From NCBI RefSeq assembly GCF_009914755.1, contig NC_060938.1: DNA of 64,000 bases. One strand, written 5' to 3'. The notes beneath the pieces were generated by a model that made no database searches, was not told the DNA's origin, and saw nothing but the letters and a program-made list of their open reading frames with translations. This document shows, piece after piece, positions 29,859 to 45,660 of this stretch. The translations under genes and the position numbers were made by a program. Within the stretch, counting starts at the first letter, position 1. Every line of letters starts with the position of its first letter. Origin of the DNA: the human T2T-CHM13v2.0 reference genome, Homo sapiens.

Positions 29859-32800
29859 CCTTAGGGACGATTTTTAATGGCTATATATTATTCCATTGTT
29901 TGTATGAGGCTGAACATCCCAAATTGCTTTCTTTATAGGTAAAAAATGGTTGGATGTTGCCAGTTTCATATGGTACTAATATTTCCTTAACCACTCCATT
30001 GTTGAACACTTTTTCTTGAACCCTTATTCTATGCCGGGCTTGGGCACACTGTGGTAGATGGGCCAGACACTGGAACACAAAGCTTGAGTTTGGGGGAGAC
30101 CAGCATGTTACAGGCAGTATTGTTTGATTGTTTCTAGTTTTCCACAACTGCAAGTCACATGGCAGTGAACATCTTTGTCTGTTAAGCTTCATTTGCATTT
30201 TAAAAGTATCTCTTTGAGATCTATTCTAGAAGGGAAATGGCCTACACTGTGCGGTCTTAGCCAGAACAAGAGTGCAGAGTTCTCTAAATACACCTGCACA
30301 CAGCCCAGCTCAATGCCACATATGAATGCTCTTAAGGGAAACTTTATTTTTCAAAGTTTCAAGTTGTTTTAATTGTTTTCTGAGTAGGCGATATAGTCAC
30401 ACGGTTCAAATTCCAAAGGTACAAAAGGGTTCATATCCCAGCTCTGCCACTTGCTAATTCTGTAGCCCTAGTGACTATGTCTCGGTTTCTTCTTTTCTCC
30501 ATTACAGACAATGCTCCCCTGTACAGGGGAGGACCCCCTTCCCACCCTGTCCCCCAGCCTCCCAGGCCCCCTCCCAGGGGTCTGTCCTTGCAGAGATGGC
30601 CTCAGCTCATCCCAATATATGTGACAGGTGTGCTCAGGGCCTGCCCGTTGCTCTTGGTGACCTGGGTCTTTTGTCCTTGCTGCCTCCAGCTTCAGTCCCT
30701 CCAGCTTGGCCCCTAAATCCTGTCTTCTCCAGTAACTATCTCCATGTTCAGTGAAGTTTCTGGGGATCTTGGGGTGGGGGGGATGTCAGCTGCTCTTTCA
30801 TATGACTGTTGTAATTATTATTACGTTAAGCCCAGAGTGGGGTCTGGGCCCATACTAAGTGCTGAATAAATACTTACTGGGCGAATAAATACTTACTGGG
30901 TGAATAAATGGTGGATACTAACATCACTGAATGCTTGCTGGACTCTGGGCACTATCCTGAACTCTTCATAGCAAACTCATCAGGTAGTCATGCTTATCTT
31001 TCCCATTTTAAATATAGGCAAATTGAGGCAAAGAGAGCCTGAGTCACTTGTGAAGCCACGGACCTGGGATTCTAACCCAGGCTGCCTGGTTCTCAAGCCC
31101 ATGCTTAAACCATGAGGCTGCATAGCTCTGGTTGATGACTGAAGGCCAAATTGCATGCAGTACCGGGGACAGGATTGGTACCGTCACCTGTAAGCTTGGG
31201 CCTGGTGGGAGTGGACAGACCTGCCCAGGACAGGTGGTGGGGTCAGCAGGACAGGCAGGCTGAGTCAGTTTAGTCCTGGATGACCCAGATAGGCAAAGTG
31301 GCTAGGACCTTTGAACCAGAGAAGATTCCAGAGGGAGGGAGGGTGGAGGAACTCAGTCCAGGTTCCTAGGATGCTGGGGGTGTACAGAGTTTGCAAGAGC
31401 AGAGCCCAAGGAGAAGGCAGAGCAGCTGGGACTAGAGGCCCAACAGAGCAAAGCCATGAGCCGTCAACCACAGTGGCTGAGCTGGGGCCTGGGGTGGGTC
31501 TGGCGTGGTGGGAGCCACCACCAGAAGGGCCTGCGGCTGAAGCTGGCTGCCTCTGCCGGCACCACCAGGCCTCCACACGTTGGGGTCAGTGTGGGCAGGT
31601 GGAGCCCAGTAGGGACAGCGGGGCACCTAGCTGGAGTCAGGAAGGCAAGACTGGTAGCTGGAGAGTGCTGGACGCACACTAAGTGACAGAAGGCCTGCAG
31701 CGCACACAGATGTGGAAAGTTTGAAGGCCTTTGACCTGCCAGACCCCTTGATGTGGGCTGTGACGTGTGAGCTGAGGCAGTCTGGCCTGCTGTCAGCGCT
31801 TCCGAGGTCCGGAAGACCTGCCTAAACTGACTTCCCCTGCTAGAGGCTGTGGGCAGGGGCCCATAGAGCCTGTCCCCTGTTCCTGGGACTGACCCACCGA
31901 GGGTCGGGGGTCTTAGGCTGCACTCTATTCCCCACCTCCTAATGGAAGGTCTTTTGGTTTCCCAAGGGAGGAGAAACCCAGGGAACTTTCTCACAAGATT
32001 TTCCAGACACTTCTTGGAGCCACAAGCATCTGTGAGAAACTGCCAGGGCCTTGTACAGTTATTTAGCCCCTGGAAATAGGCTGGAGGCATTTGTTGAGTG
32101 TTTGTGCTTTGTGCATGCGTGAGAGATCCTAGTTCTGAAACTGCTACGTCTCTTCCATCCCCACGGGACCTCCATGGTCAGCCTGGAACTGTGTTTTTGT
32201 TTCTGTATGCACCAAAGCCTGGGCCAGAGGTGGAACTAGGAAGCAGCTGTGGCTCAGCTTCACACACGTCTAGGAAGAAGGATCTGGCAGACACAAAGCC
32301 ATGGAGAAGCCAGCCTGGCCGCCTGCCTTCTCCCAGGCTGTTCACTGGGGCAGGGCCAGCCTGGCTTGGAAGAGAAGCCTTCAGGTGGCAGCTAGCCAAG
32401 GGTCGGTTGAGTCACAGAATTGCAGAATTCATAATGCTGGAAGGAACCTTAGTCCTTGGTCTGATCCATGCTCAGGAAATACCTAGCACAGCTGCTGCTG
32501 CTCTCCCAGGCAGAGCCCCTGGCAGACATCACTAGTAGATTCCTGCATTCTTTCAGTCGAGCCTTCAACATAACAGTCTAGGCAGCTGCTGTCAGTCAAC
32601 TGGGGTTCACATGGGAAGTTCAACCTACTTGCCATCCCAGATCTGATCCAACCTACTATTTGTATTAAGAGGCTGCTGAACCTGGAGAAGGAAAGTGAGT
32701 TGCCCAAAGTCACGTAGTAAACAACAGAACCAGACAGTGTCATTTCCTTTATATCATATCCATTCTTGTAATGGTTACAGCATTTGCCATGTTACTACCC

Positions 32801-33089
32801 ATCTCATAAACCCTTGTTATCTCCATTCATCTCCACAATGTGATTCCACCCTCCAGATCCAAATTAATTTCCCAAAAGCATTGTGGAGCTACAGAAAAAC
32901 TGATGTTAGGTCATGTTAATACAAGTAGAGTATCTAGCTGTAGAGAGGTGATGGTCACACTTCTTTCTGTGCTGCTCAGGGCACACCTGGGTATTGTTTC
33001 TATTTGGGACTCCACATTTCAGAAGTGCAAAGAAAGAAGGATACTCATTATACTCGGATAAAAGCAGTATGATGAGGAGGCTCAGAACC

Positions 33090-34665
<1,576 letters not shown>

Positions 34666-35207
34666 TGCTGTTAAAAAACGAACCACCCTATCTGGAAATT
34701 CTTGGAGACACCCAGCTCAGCGTCAACCGCAGTTGACAAACCTTCCCTCTGGGTTGCTGTGTGGAAGCCTGGGGCTGTTCCAGCCGGAAAACAGAAGACT
34801 CTAGGGCGGTAGATGCACAAGCCATGTTCACATAGTTTAGAGGCTTTATGGGGGGTGGGGGGAGTAGTCCTCATGGCCCTATAAAATGTAGAAAAAGCAA
34901 CAAGAGGAAACACTTCAGGGGAACGGATTTCATCTCAATAGAAATTGAGAATTGCTTCTCAGAATGGGTTGCCTGGTGAGGTAGCTAGCTCATGTGATTA
35001 AAGGTCTTCAAACAGATACAACTGCTGCTTGCTAGGGATGGTAGAGAGGGAACTGAAGTGTTAGGGTTAGGCTCTCAAAAGCCTATTGTTAACTATCCAG
35101 AAATTTTGCTAGCCAGGTGCAAACCTTTAGAGAGCTTGACCTCAGCAATGGTGGGAGCATTTACACCCCACACCCTGGAAACTGGCAATTGCTACACATC
35201 AAGGCTT

Positions 35208-35211
<4 letters not shown>

Positions 35212-35242
<31 letters not shown>

Positions 35243-35391
35243 TTGGCTCACTGCAACCTCCGCTTCTGGGGTTCAAGAGATTTTTCTCCCTCAGCCTCTC
35301 AAGTAGCTGGGATTACAGGTGCCCGCCACCACACCCGGCTAATTTTTTAATTTTTAGTAGAGACGGGATTTCACTATGTTGGCCAGGCTGG
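35212..35391 (-). mobile_element. Partial Alu
   Basis: T-tail and an internally deleted antisense Alu. Confidence 0.85.
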
Positions 35392-36686
35392 AAGGCTTTT
35401 GCTCTTCATTTACTTATTCATTGTCCTAGACGGGTGTTTTATTGGCACATCTCTGATCCAAACCAGATACTCCAACAGGTATCTCTGCATGCTCACCTGC
35501 CTCCTAACAGTCTCAGATCCACCTCCCTGCCCTGTGGGAATTCCTTCTCCACTCTGTCCCATGTCTAATTCAGCCCTAGCTTCCTCCATGAACTGTTCGT
35601 GAAGCCTCCCCACCCCCCCATCTCATTTAGTAGTTACCATTTGCTAAAAGTCAGCTGTGGGCTGGGTTCTTTAGTTACACTGTCCCATTCAACCCTCATG
35701 CAGTCCTTGAGCTGAGTGGCAGAGTCTCCCTGCTTTACACAAGAGGACTCTGAGGCTCAAAGAGGTAGAGGAGCTCAGGAGGATCACAGGCCCTATCTAG
35801 CCTGAAGCCTGTACCTGTTCACCACACTATGGAATGAGGAGTGGGGAGTTCTCCCAGCCCCAAATGCCTGCAGGCCACACCGCACTCTTCCCGCCTACAT
35901 CTACACCTGGAACCAGGAAATTCAGAGTTAGATGTCCTCTGGCATCAGCTGTTCTTTGTCTCCAATGACCTTCTCTGGCTTCTGCTCTGGTGGCTTGTGA
36001 CAGCTGTGGGGGGGGGGGGGTGGGGGCGGGGGTCCCAAAAAGTCCCCTGGGGCTGATTCTTTGGATGGCCAGTTGAATCTATTCCCGGGGCTAGACTCAT
36101 CTTGATGACCTTCCAACATGGGACTCTCTGACTTCTGAACTGACTTTAAAATGCCAAGAAAAAACAGCTGGAGTGGTCATGGGGACAGGGCACTGGCAGA
36201 AGGAACAGGCCAGGGTGCCTGGGCTCTGCTCCACTCCACATTTCCTCGACTTGTGGCATGCTCTGGGACCCGGGGGTATGTGTGTTTATACATGAGAGCT
36301 TTTTTTTTTAAATTAAATATCAAGTTTAGAGAAGTCTAGAGAACAACATTGCAATGCCCTATGCACCCGTAATTCAGCTTTGTTAATTCCTATCACTTTG
36401 CCATGTTTGCTTCAGATCTTTTTGTTTGGTTTAATAAATAAATCATTGCAGAACTGGTTGAAACCTCCTTCGCACCCCTCCCTGATCCTATTTTTCTCCT
36501 CAGTTCAAGGGCAGCCATCTTCCTGAGTTTGGTGTGTGCATGTATCCACAAACAGGTATAGAACTGTGGTGCGTGTTTTTTTATACTTTACATAAATGTT
36601 TTCATTCCTTCCGTAATTTGCTTATTTCACTCATTAGGGTTGATTTTTTTGTTTGTTTGATTGCTTTTTAAAACGTTTTCTTTTAA

Positions 36687-36997
<311 letters not shown>

Positions 36998-37148
36998 TAA
37001 CTTTCTGTTTTGACGTGATTTCAGACTGGCAGAAGAGTTACAGGAATAGTACAGTGAATTCTTGTTGGTACACTCCTTTCGCCAGATTCATCAATTATTA
37101 ACATTTTGTCACATTTGCTCGTTTGCACTCTTTCTTTCTCCCTCTCTA

Positions 37149-37335
37149 TTTTTTTTCTTTTTTCTTTTTCTTTTTTTTTTTTTTTTTGAGATGGGGTCTT
37201 ACTCTGTCACTGAGGCTGGAGTGCAGTGGTGCGATCAGTGCTCACTGCAGCCTCAATCTCCCCGGGCTCAGGTGATCCTCCCACCTCAGCCTCCTGAGTA
37301 GCTGGGACTACAGGCATGCAGCACCACACCTAGCT
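37149..37335 (-). mobile_element. Alu right-arm monomer (FRAM/AluJ fragment)
   Basis: Single arm with T-rich tail. Confidence 0.8.
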
Positions 37336-37340
37336 TCTAA

Positions 37341-38030
<690 letters not shown>

Positions 38031-38556
38031 TTTACTGCATTTCCTGCCTTTTAACAGCTGTGTCATTGTCCAGGGTGGACTGAGTCACAGCTTTATTTAT
38101 CCATTCGCCTGTGGCGCCATTGGCTTTCCCCATTTTCTCCATGTAGTAAATGCTGCAGCAGCAGTGGCCATCTGTAAACATGTAAACGCGGGTGTTCAGG
38201 GAATGGGGCTGCTGGAATCTGGGCTCCAGCATTTCTTCTCTTTTAAATTTTGATAGATTGTTATGATAGTGGGCGTAACTGTTTTCATTCTCTGGGGAGC
38301 TTTGCCCCCCGCCCCCAGCCTCAGACCATTCCTCCTGCTGTAACAAGTGAGAAGCAGTTGGGGTGAGTAGGGCCTGTTTGGGGGAATGAGATGTCCCTGG
38401 TGGACTAGGTTGGCCAGTGTCCCCAAAGCAACAGGTGTCCCTGGGAGAGATAGGGCATGACCACATGTGTGGTTGCTACATCCAGAAAAATGTGACCTAC
38501 TAAAAGTGTTAACATGGGCCAGGTATTACCAGCTCCATTGTACAAATAAGAAACTG

Positions 38557-41126
38557 TTTATTTAAAATTATTTTTATTTTATTATTATTATTTTATTTTA
38601 TTATTAATATAATTATTATTTTATTTTATTTTATTATAATAAAATAAATTATATTTTATTTTATATTATATTATATTATATTATTATAAAATAAATTATC
38701 TTTATTTTATTATTATTATAAAATAAATTATCTTTATTTTATTATTATTATAAAATAAATTATCTTTATTTTATTATTATTATAAAATAAATTATCTTTA
38801 TTTTATTATTATAATAAAATAAATTATCTTTATTTTATTATTATAAAATAAATTATCTTTATTTTATTATTATAAAATAAATTATCTTTATTTTATTATT
38901 ATAAAATAAATTATCTTTATTTTATTATTATAAAATAAATTATCTTTATTTTATTATTATAAAATAAATTATCTTTATTTTATTATTATAAAATAAATTA
39001 TCTTTATTTTATTATTATAAAATAAATTATCTTTATTTTATTATTATAAAATAAATTATCTTTATTTTATTATTATAAAATAAATTATCTTTATTTTATT
39101 ATTATAAAATAAATTATCTTTATTTTATTATTATAAAATAAATTATCTTTATTTTATTATTATAAAATAAATTATCTTTATTTTATTATTATAAAATAAA
39201 TTATCTTTATTTTATTATTATAAAATAAATTATCTTTATTTTATTATAAAATAAATTATCTTTATTTTATTATAAAATAAATTATCTTTATTTTATTATA
39301 AAATAAATTATCTTTATTTTATTATAAAATAAATTATCTTTATTTTATTATAAAATAAATTATCTTTATTTTATTATAAAATAAATTATCTTTATTTTAT
39401 TATAAAATAAATTATCTTTATTTTATTATAAAATAAATTATCTTTATTTTATTATAAAATAAATTATCTTTATTTTATTATAAAATAAATTATCTTTATT
39501 TTATTATAAAATAAATTATCTTTATTTTATTATAAAATAAATTATCTTTATTTTATTATAAAATAAATTATCTTTATTTTATTATAAAATAAATTATCTT
39601 TATATTATTATAAAATAAATTATCTTTATATTATTATAAAATAAATTATCTTTATTTTATTATAAAATAAATTATCTTTATTTTATTATAAAATAAATTA
39701 TCTTTATTTTATTATAAAATAAATTATCTTTATTTTATTATAAAATAAATTATCTTTATTTTATTATAAAATAAATTATCTTTATTTTATTATAAAATAA
39801 ATTATCTTTATTTTATTATAAAATAAATTATCTTTATTTTATTATAAAATAAATTATCTTTATTTTATTATAAAATAAATTATCTTTATTTTATTATAAA
39901 ATAAATTATCTTTATTTTATTATAAAATAAATTATCTTTATTTTATTATAAAATAAATTATCTTTATTTTATTATAAAATAAATTATCTTTATTTTATTA
40001 TAAAATAAATTATCTTTATTTTATTATAAAATAAATTATCTTTATTTTATTATAAAATAAATTATCTTTATTTTATTATAAAATAAATTATCTTTATTTT
40101 ATTATAAAATAAATTATCTTTATTTTATTATAAAATAAATTATCTTTATTTTATTATAAAATAAATTATCTTTATTTTATTATAAAATAAATTATCTTTA
40201 TTTTATTATAAAATAAATTATCTTTATTTTATTATAAAATAAATTATCTTTATTTTATTATAAAATAAATTATCTTTATTTTATTATAAAATAAATTATC
40301 TTTATTTTATTATAAAATAAATTATCTTTATTTTATTATAAAATAAATTATCTTTATTTTATTATAAAATAAATTATCTTTATTTTATTATAAAATAAAT
40401 TATCTTTATTTTATTATAAAATAAATTATCTTTATTTTATTATAAAATAAATTATCTTTATTTTATTATAAAATAAATTATCTTTATTTTATTATAAAAT
40501 AAATTATCTTTATTTTATTATAAAATAAATTATCTTTATTTTATTATAAAATAAATTATCTTTATTTTATTATAAAATAAATTATCTTTATTTTATTATA
40601 AAATAAATTATCTTTATTTTATTATAAAATAAATTATCTTTATTTTATTATAAAATAAATTATCTTTATTTTATTATAAAATAAATTATCTTTATTTTAT
40701 TATAAAATAAATTATCTTTATTTTATTATAAAATAAATTATCTTTATTTTATTATAAAATAAATTATCTTTTTATTATTATAAAATAAATTATCTTTTTA
40801 TTATTATAAAATAAATTATCTTTATTTTATTATAAAATAAATTATCTTTATTTTATTATAAAATAAATTATCTTTATTTTATTATAAAATAAATTATCTT
40901 TATTTTATTATAAAATAAATTATCTTTATTTTATTATAAAATAAATTATCTTTATTTTATTATAAAATAAATTATCTTTATTTTATTATTATAAAATAAA
41001 TTATCTTTATTATTATAAAATAAATTATCTTTATTTTATTATTATAATAAATTATCTTTATTTTATTATAATAAAATAAATTATCTTTATTTTATTATTA
41101 TTTTATTTTATTATTTTATTATTATT
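38557..41126. repeat. AT-rich minisatellite/VNTR: 4x32-bp, 14x29-bp and 67x26-bp units (tttattttattataaaataaattatc) plus degenerate edges
   Basis: Directly counted periodicity: 38701-38828 (32-mers), 38829-39234 (29-mers), 39235-40976 (26-mers); no G on the + strand for 2570 nt. Confidence 0.98.
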
Positions 41127-41721
<595 letters not shown>

Positions 41722-41974
41722 TAAGATGATTTTAAATCATGTTAGCAATGCATAATTATTATAAAAATTTGAAACAAACCCCCTTAACGTCTCTGAAATA
41801 ACTCTAATGACATCTTACATAGCCTTCTGGAAATTATTTCTATGTATATTTCTATGTCACTGTGTGTGTTTGTGTGTATTCCCAAGTGGAATAATGAACA
41901 TTATTGAATACCCTTTCTTTGCCAGGATACGTAAACATGAAATTTTTTTTTTAAACTTTCAAGAGCTGGAAGAG

Positions 41975-42110
41975 TAGAGTGGTTAGAAGCGTAGACTCTG
42001 GAGCCAGATTGCCAGGGTTTGAATCCCAGTTCTGCCACTTATTGGCATGTGACCTTTGGTGAATTATTTAACCTCTCTGTGCCTCTGTGTCTTCACCTTT
42101 ACATGAGACC
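41975..42110 (+). mobile_element. MIR
   Basis: gactctggagccagattgccagggtttgaatcccagttctgccactta...aacctctctgtgcctc. Confidence 0.75.
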
Positions 42111-42127
42111 ACTAGGGGTAGGGTAGG

Positions 42128-42590
42128 TATATTCGGTTCCTAGGGCTGCAGTAGCAGGTTACCACTAACTTTGCAGCTTAAAGCAGCAGAAATTTATTTT
42201 CTTGTGGTTCTCAAGGCCAGAAATCCAAAACCAAGGTTTCAGCTGGGCAGGTTCCATCTGGAGGCTCTAAGGGAGGATCCGTCCCATGCCTCTCCCCGAG
42301 CTCCTGGTAGTGGCTGTCTACCTCTGGCACTCCTTGGCTCGGGGCATCATAACTCCAGTCTCTACCTCTGCCTTCACACGGACCTCATCTGTGTCTCTCT
42401 GTGCCTTTCCTTCTTATAGGGACACCTCTCATTGGAGTTAGGGCCCACTCTAAACTTAGGATGATCTCATCTCAGTAGCCCTAAATTATATCTGCAAAGA
42501 AAAAGATCCTTTTTCCAAATAAGGTCACATGTACAAGTACTGGGGTTAGGATTTGCACATATCTTCTCGGGGGACACAATTCAACCTCTG
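42128..42590 (-). mobile_element. MLT1-type MaLR LTR
   Basis: cagaaatttattttctt...tttccaaataaggtcaca...gggacacaattcaacc. Confidence 0.75.
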
Positions 42591-44099
42591 AGGTTGAATC
42601 AGGCAGGTATGAGGATGACTGAATTAACAGGATTTGGGGGCCCACAGTGGGCACCGTATGGTGTGGACTATGAATACATGAAACAGGCAAGTTGCTGCCC
42701 TGGCTGGCATCACCAGGGCTCCCTCCCTCCCACGCCGGCCCCTGCACTCCCTCTGTGTACTCATGGTGCTTTGTCTGGAGGGACTGTGCCATCCTGTAAC
42801 ATTTATCACCAGAGCCACACTGGCTTCTACTGGCCCAAAAGCCCTCTAAGGCCAGGGACCAGGCCTCTCCATTCCTGTAGACCCCCTTTGTCTTGTTGAA
42901 GCTGGGAGGCCACGCTGCCTTGGGTCAGGTTGGTAGGTGGGGTAGTGACGGCCTTTTCCGGTTCTCTCTTTCCGTCACACACTCCCACCTCCCGCCCCCT
43001 GGCGTGTTCTGGCCAAGTCTATACAGGAAGGCCTCGGTTCCCACCGTGAGGCTGCATTGGAACTCTCTGAGCTGCTTCCTGGGGCTGACATAGGCAGCCC
43101 AAAGCCGGAACCCTGTGAAGCTGGGAAACTTCTGCGCCTTCCCCCTACCCCTAATAGGCAGCATCTAGCCAGGGCCACACACCCCAAGCTGCCATGCTCA
43201 CCACTCTGTCCCCACATTTGGTCAGCTCCTTGGGCTAGCTATCCACCCTGGAGTGGAGCTTCCCTCTTCTACTCCCCAGGCTGAATAGGCCTGAATGTAG
43301 ACAACAGGCACCATGCCCAGGAGCTGGGCACACTCAAGGCCAATTCCCGCCCTCCTTTAGGGAACTGGTGAGAAAATCCCCATAGAAGCTGAGAGGTTGA
43401 GTCCTGCAGCCCAGGGACTGGGTTTTCCTGAGTGTCTGCTGGCACTGCGTCTGGCAGGGCGTTCTGGGTGGGTGTCCGGCGGCAGCCATAGGATCAGAAG
43501 CCTGTGGGCCTGCTGCTCTGAGCTCATTGCTCTATTCCCCATGAGTGGGAGAACAACCCGTTGTGGAGCAATTTCTCTTTCTGGTGGAGCTGCTCCAAAG
43601 CTTCCAAGGCTCTAACAACACCTTTCATTATCCAAGGTCCCCGGTTCTGCCTTTGCAGGGTCCTTAGCGGAGTGGGAGTTCAGCTGGTGAGAGGGAGGGC
43701 GTGGGTGTCAGAGTGGCCGGCTCTGCCAACAGATGGCTGATCTGATGCTGGTTGGGCTTAGCGACGGTTCCTGGCAGTTGGAGCTGCTGTGGCCAGGCCA
43801 GTTGATAAGTGTCATCACAACTGTAAAACAAAGCCTGCGTGTCACCCACTCTGGGCACTTCCATCTTTGCCATCTTGCCACAAGTCACTTCAATCAAATG
43901 TGCCTAGTCCCAAAATCAAGGTTTTAAAGTGAGAGAACTGTAGCAGGAAGAGGAAGAGAAGCGTTATAACTCGGGGGTTGGAGGGTTGGAAAAACTGTAA
44001 CATTTACTGAATAGTGTGTCAGGCACTGTGCTAAGTAGTTGACAGCTCATGAAATTTTCCCAGTAACCCTCTTAAATAAAGACAATTACGTTGTTTTTA

Positions 44100-44435
44100 C
44101 TTATTTTTATTTTTGTTTAGTTTTATTTATTTATTCATTCATTTTGAGACAGGGTCTTGTTCTGTTACCCAGGCTGGAATGCAATGAGGCGATCTCAGCT
44201 CACTGCAGCCTCCACCTCCAGGCTCAAGCAATCCTCCTACCTTAGCCTCCTGAGTATCTGGGACTACATGGGGCACACGCCATCATGCCTGGCTAATTTT
44301 TCGAAAGTTTTTTGTAGAGATGTGGTCTCACTATATTTCCCAGGCTGGTCTCAAACTCCTGGGCTCAAACAACCTTCCTGCCTTAGCCTTAATCCCAAAA
44401 TGTTTGGATTACAGGCGTGAGCCACAGCGCCCAGC
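44100..44435 (-). mobile_element. Alu (AluJ)
   Basis: Diverged antisense Alu inside a MIR. Confidence 0.88.
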
Positions 44436-44859
44436 TTATTATGTTTTCACAGGTGATTAAACTGAAGCCCAGAGAGGTAAAGTATTAATAACTGGCCAGA
44501 GGTCATACAGCCTGCATCCAAACCCAAGACTTCTAATACAGCAGGCAGGCTTCATCTGAAGGGGCCTTAAGGGATGGGGAGAACTGTTATGCCAGTAGTT
44601 CACTATTAAAAATTTAAAAGATACAGAAGACTTGAAAGAACTTTGCAGTAAACACCCATACACCCACAAGTAACCCTCAATGTTTTTCTCTATCTGTTTT
44701 GTTACATATCTTTACATATCCATGAATGCACCTTACTTTTTAATGTATTTCATAGGAATTTGCAGACCACCCCCTGAATGTTATCATGACTAGAGTTAAC
44801 TAGAGTTCAGTGTTTAGTTAGGATTATCTTTTATAGTTTTGGTATAAAATTTGCATGTG

Positions 44860-45660
44860 GTAAAAGTGAATGCACACATCTAAGTGTCCTGTTTGAACTT
44901 CATATAGATGGATTCATGCCATATGTACTTTTTTGCATTTGGCTTCCTTGACTCAGCATAATGCTTCTGAGATTCGTTCATGTGGTTGTGCGTGTGGTTA
45001 ATTCCTTTTTATTGCTGACTACTGACCCGTTGTGTGGACATGCCACCGTTTGTTTATCCATTCTGCCGCTGATGGACACTGGAACCAGGTGGTATTGAGC
45101 TATTAGGAGGAGAGCTGCTTTGACATTCGTATGCAGGTCTTTCTGGACGTATACTGTCATTTCCCTCGGGTGTATACCTAGGAGTGGAATCGCTGGGCCA
45201 TAGGGTAGGTATATGTTTAGGTTTATTAAAAAGTGCCATATCTTTGTCTAAAGTGCTCGTTCCAATGTTCGTTCTCCCCAAGAGTACACTAGCATTCTGA
45301 TTACTTCCCATTCTCACCACTATGTGATGTTGTCAGTCATTTTAATTTTAGCCATTCTAGTGGTTGTGCCGTGGTATCGCATTGTGGTTTTAATTTGCAT
45401 TTCCCTAATGACTAATGACTTTGAGCATTTTTTCACCTGCTTATTGTCCATTTGTATGTCTTCTTCTTTGAAGTATCTGTTCAAATCTCTTGCCCATTTT
45501 AAAAATTGATTTGCTTGGTCTCTGTTGGATATATGTTTTGCAGATATTTTTCCCCCAGCCTGATGGGCAGAAGTTTTAAATTGTGATGCAGTCTAACTTT
45601 ATCTATTTTTTCTTTTATGATCATTGCTTTCTGTGTCTGGTCTAATGCTTTTGCCTGCCA
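44860..45660 (-). mobile_element. L1M fragment
   Basis: gtggttttaatttgcatttccctaatgactaatgac...tttgcccatttt. Confidence 0.8.

Noticed and set aside
38701-40976. CRISPR-like periodic array
   Set aside because: Head-to-tail tandem repeat with no unique spacers and no cas genes, in a mammalian context.
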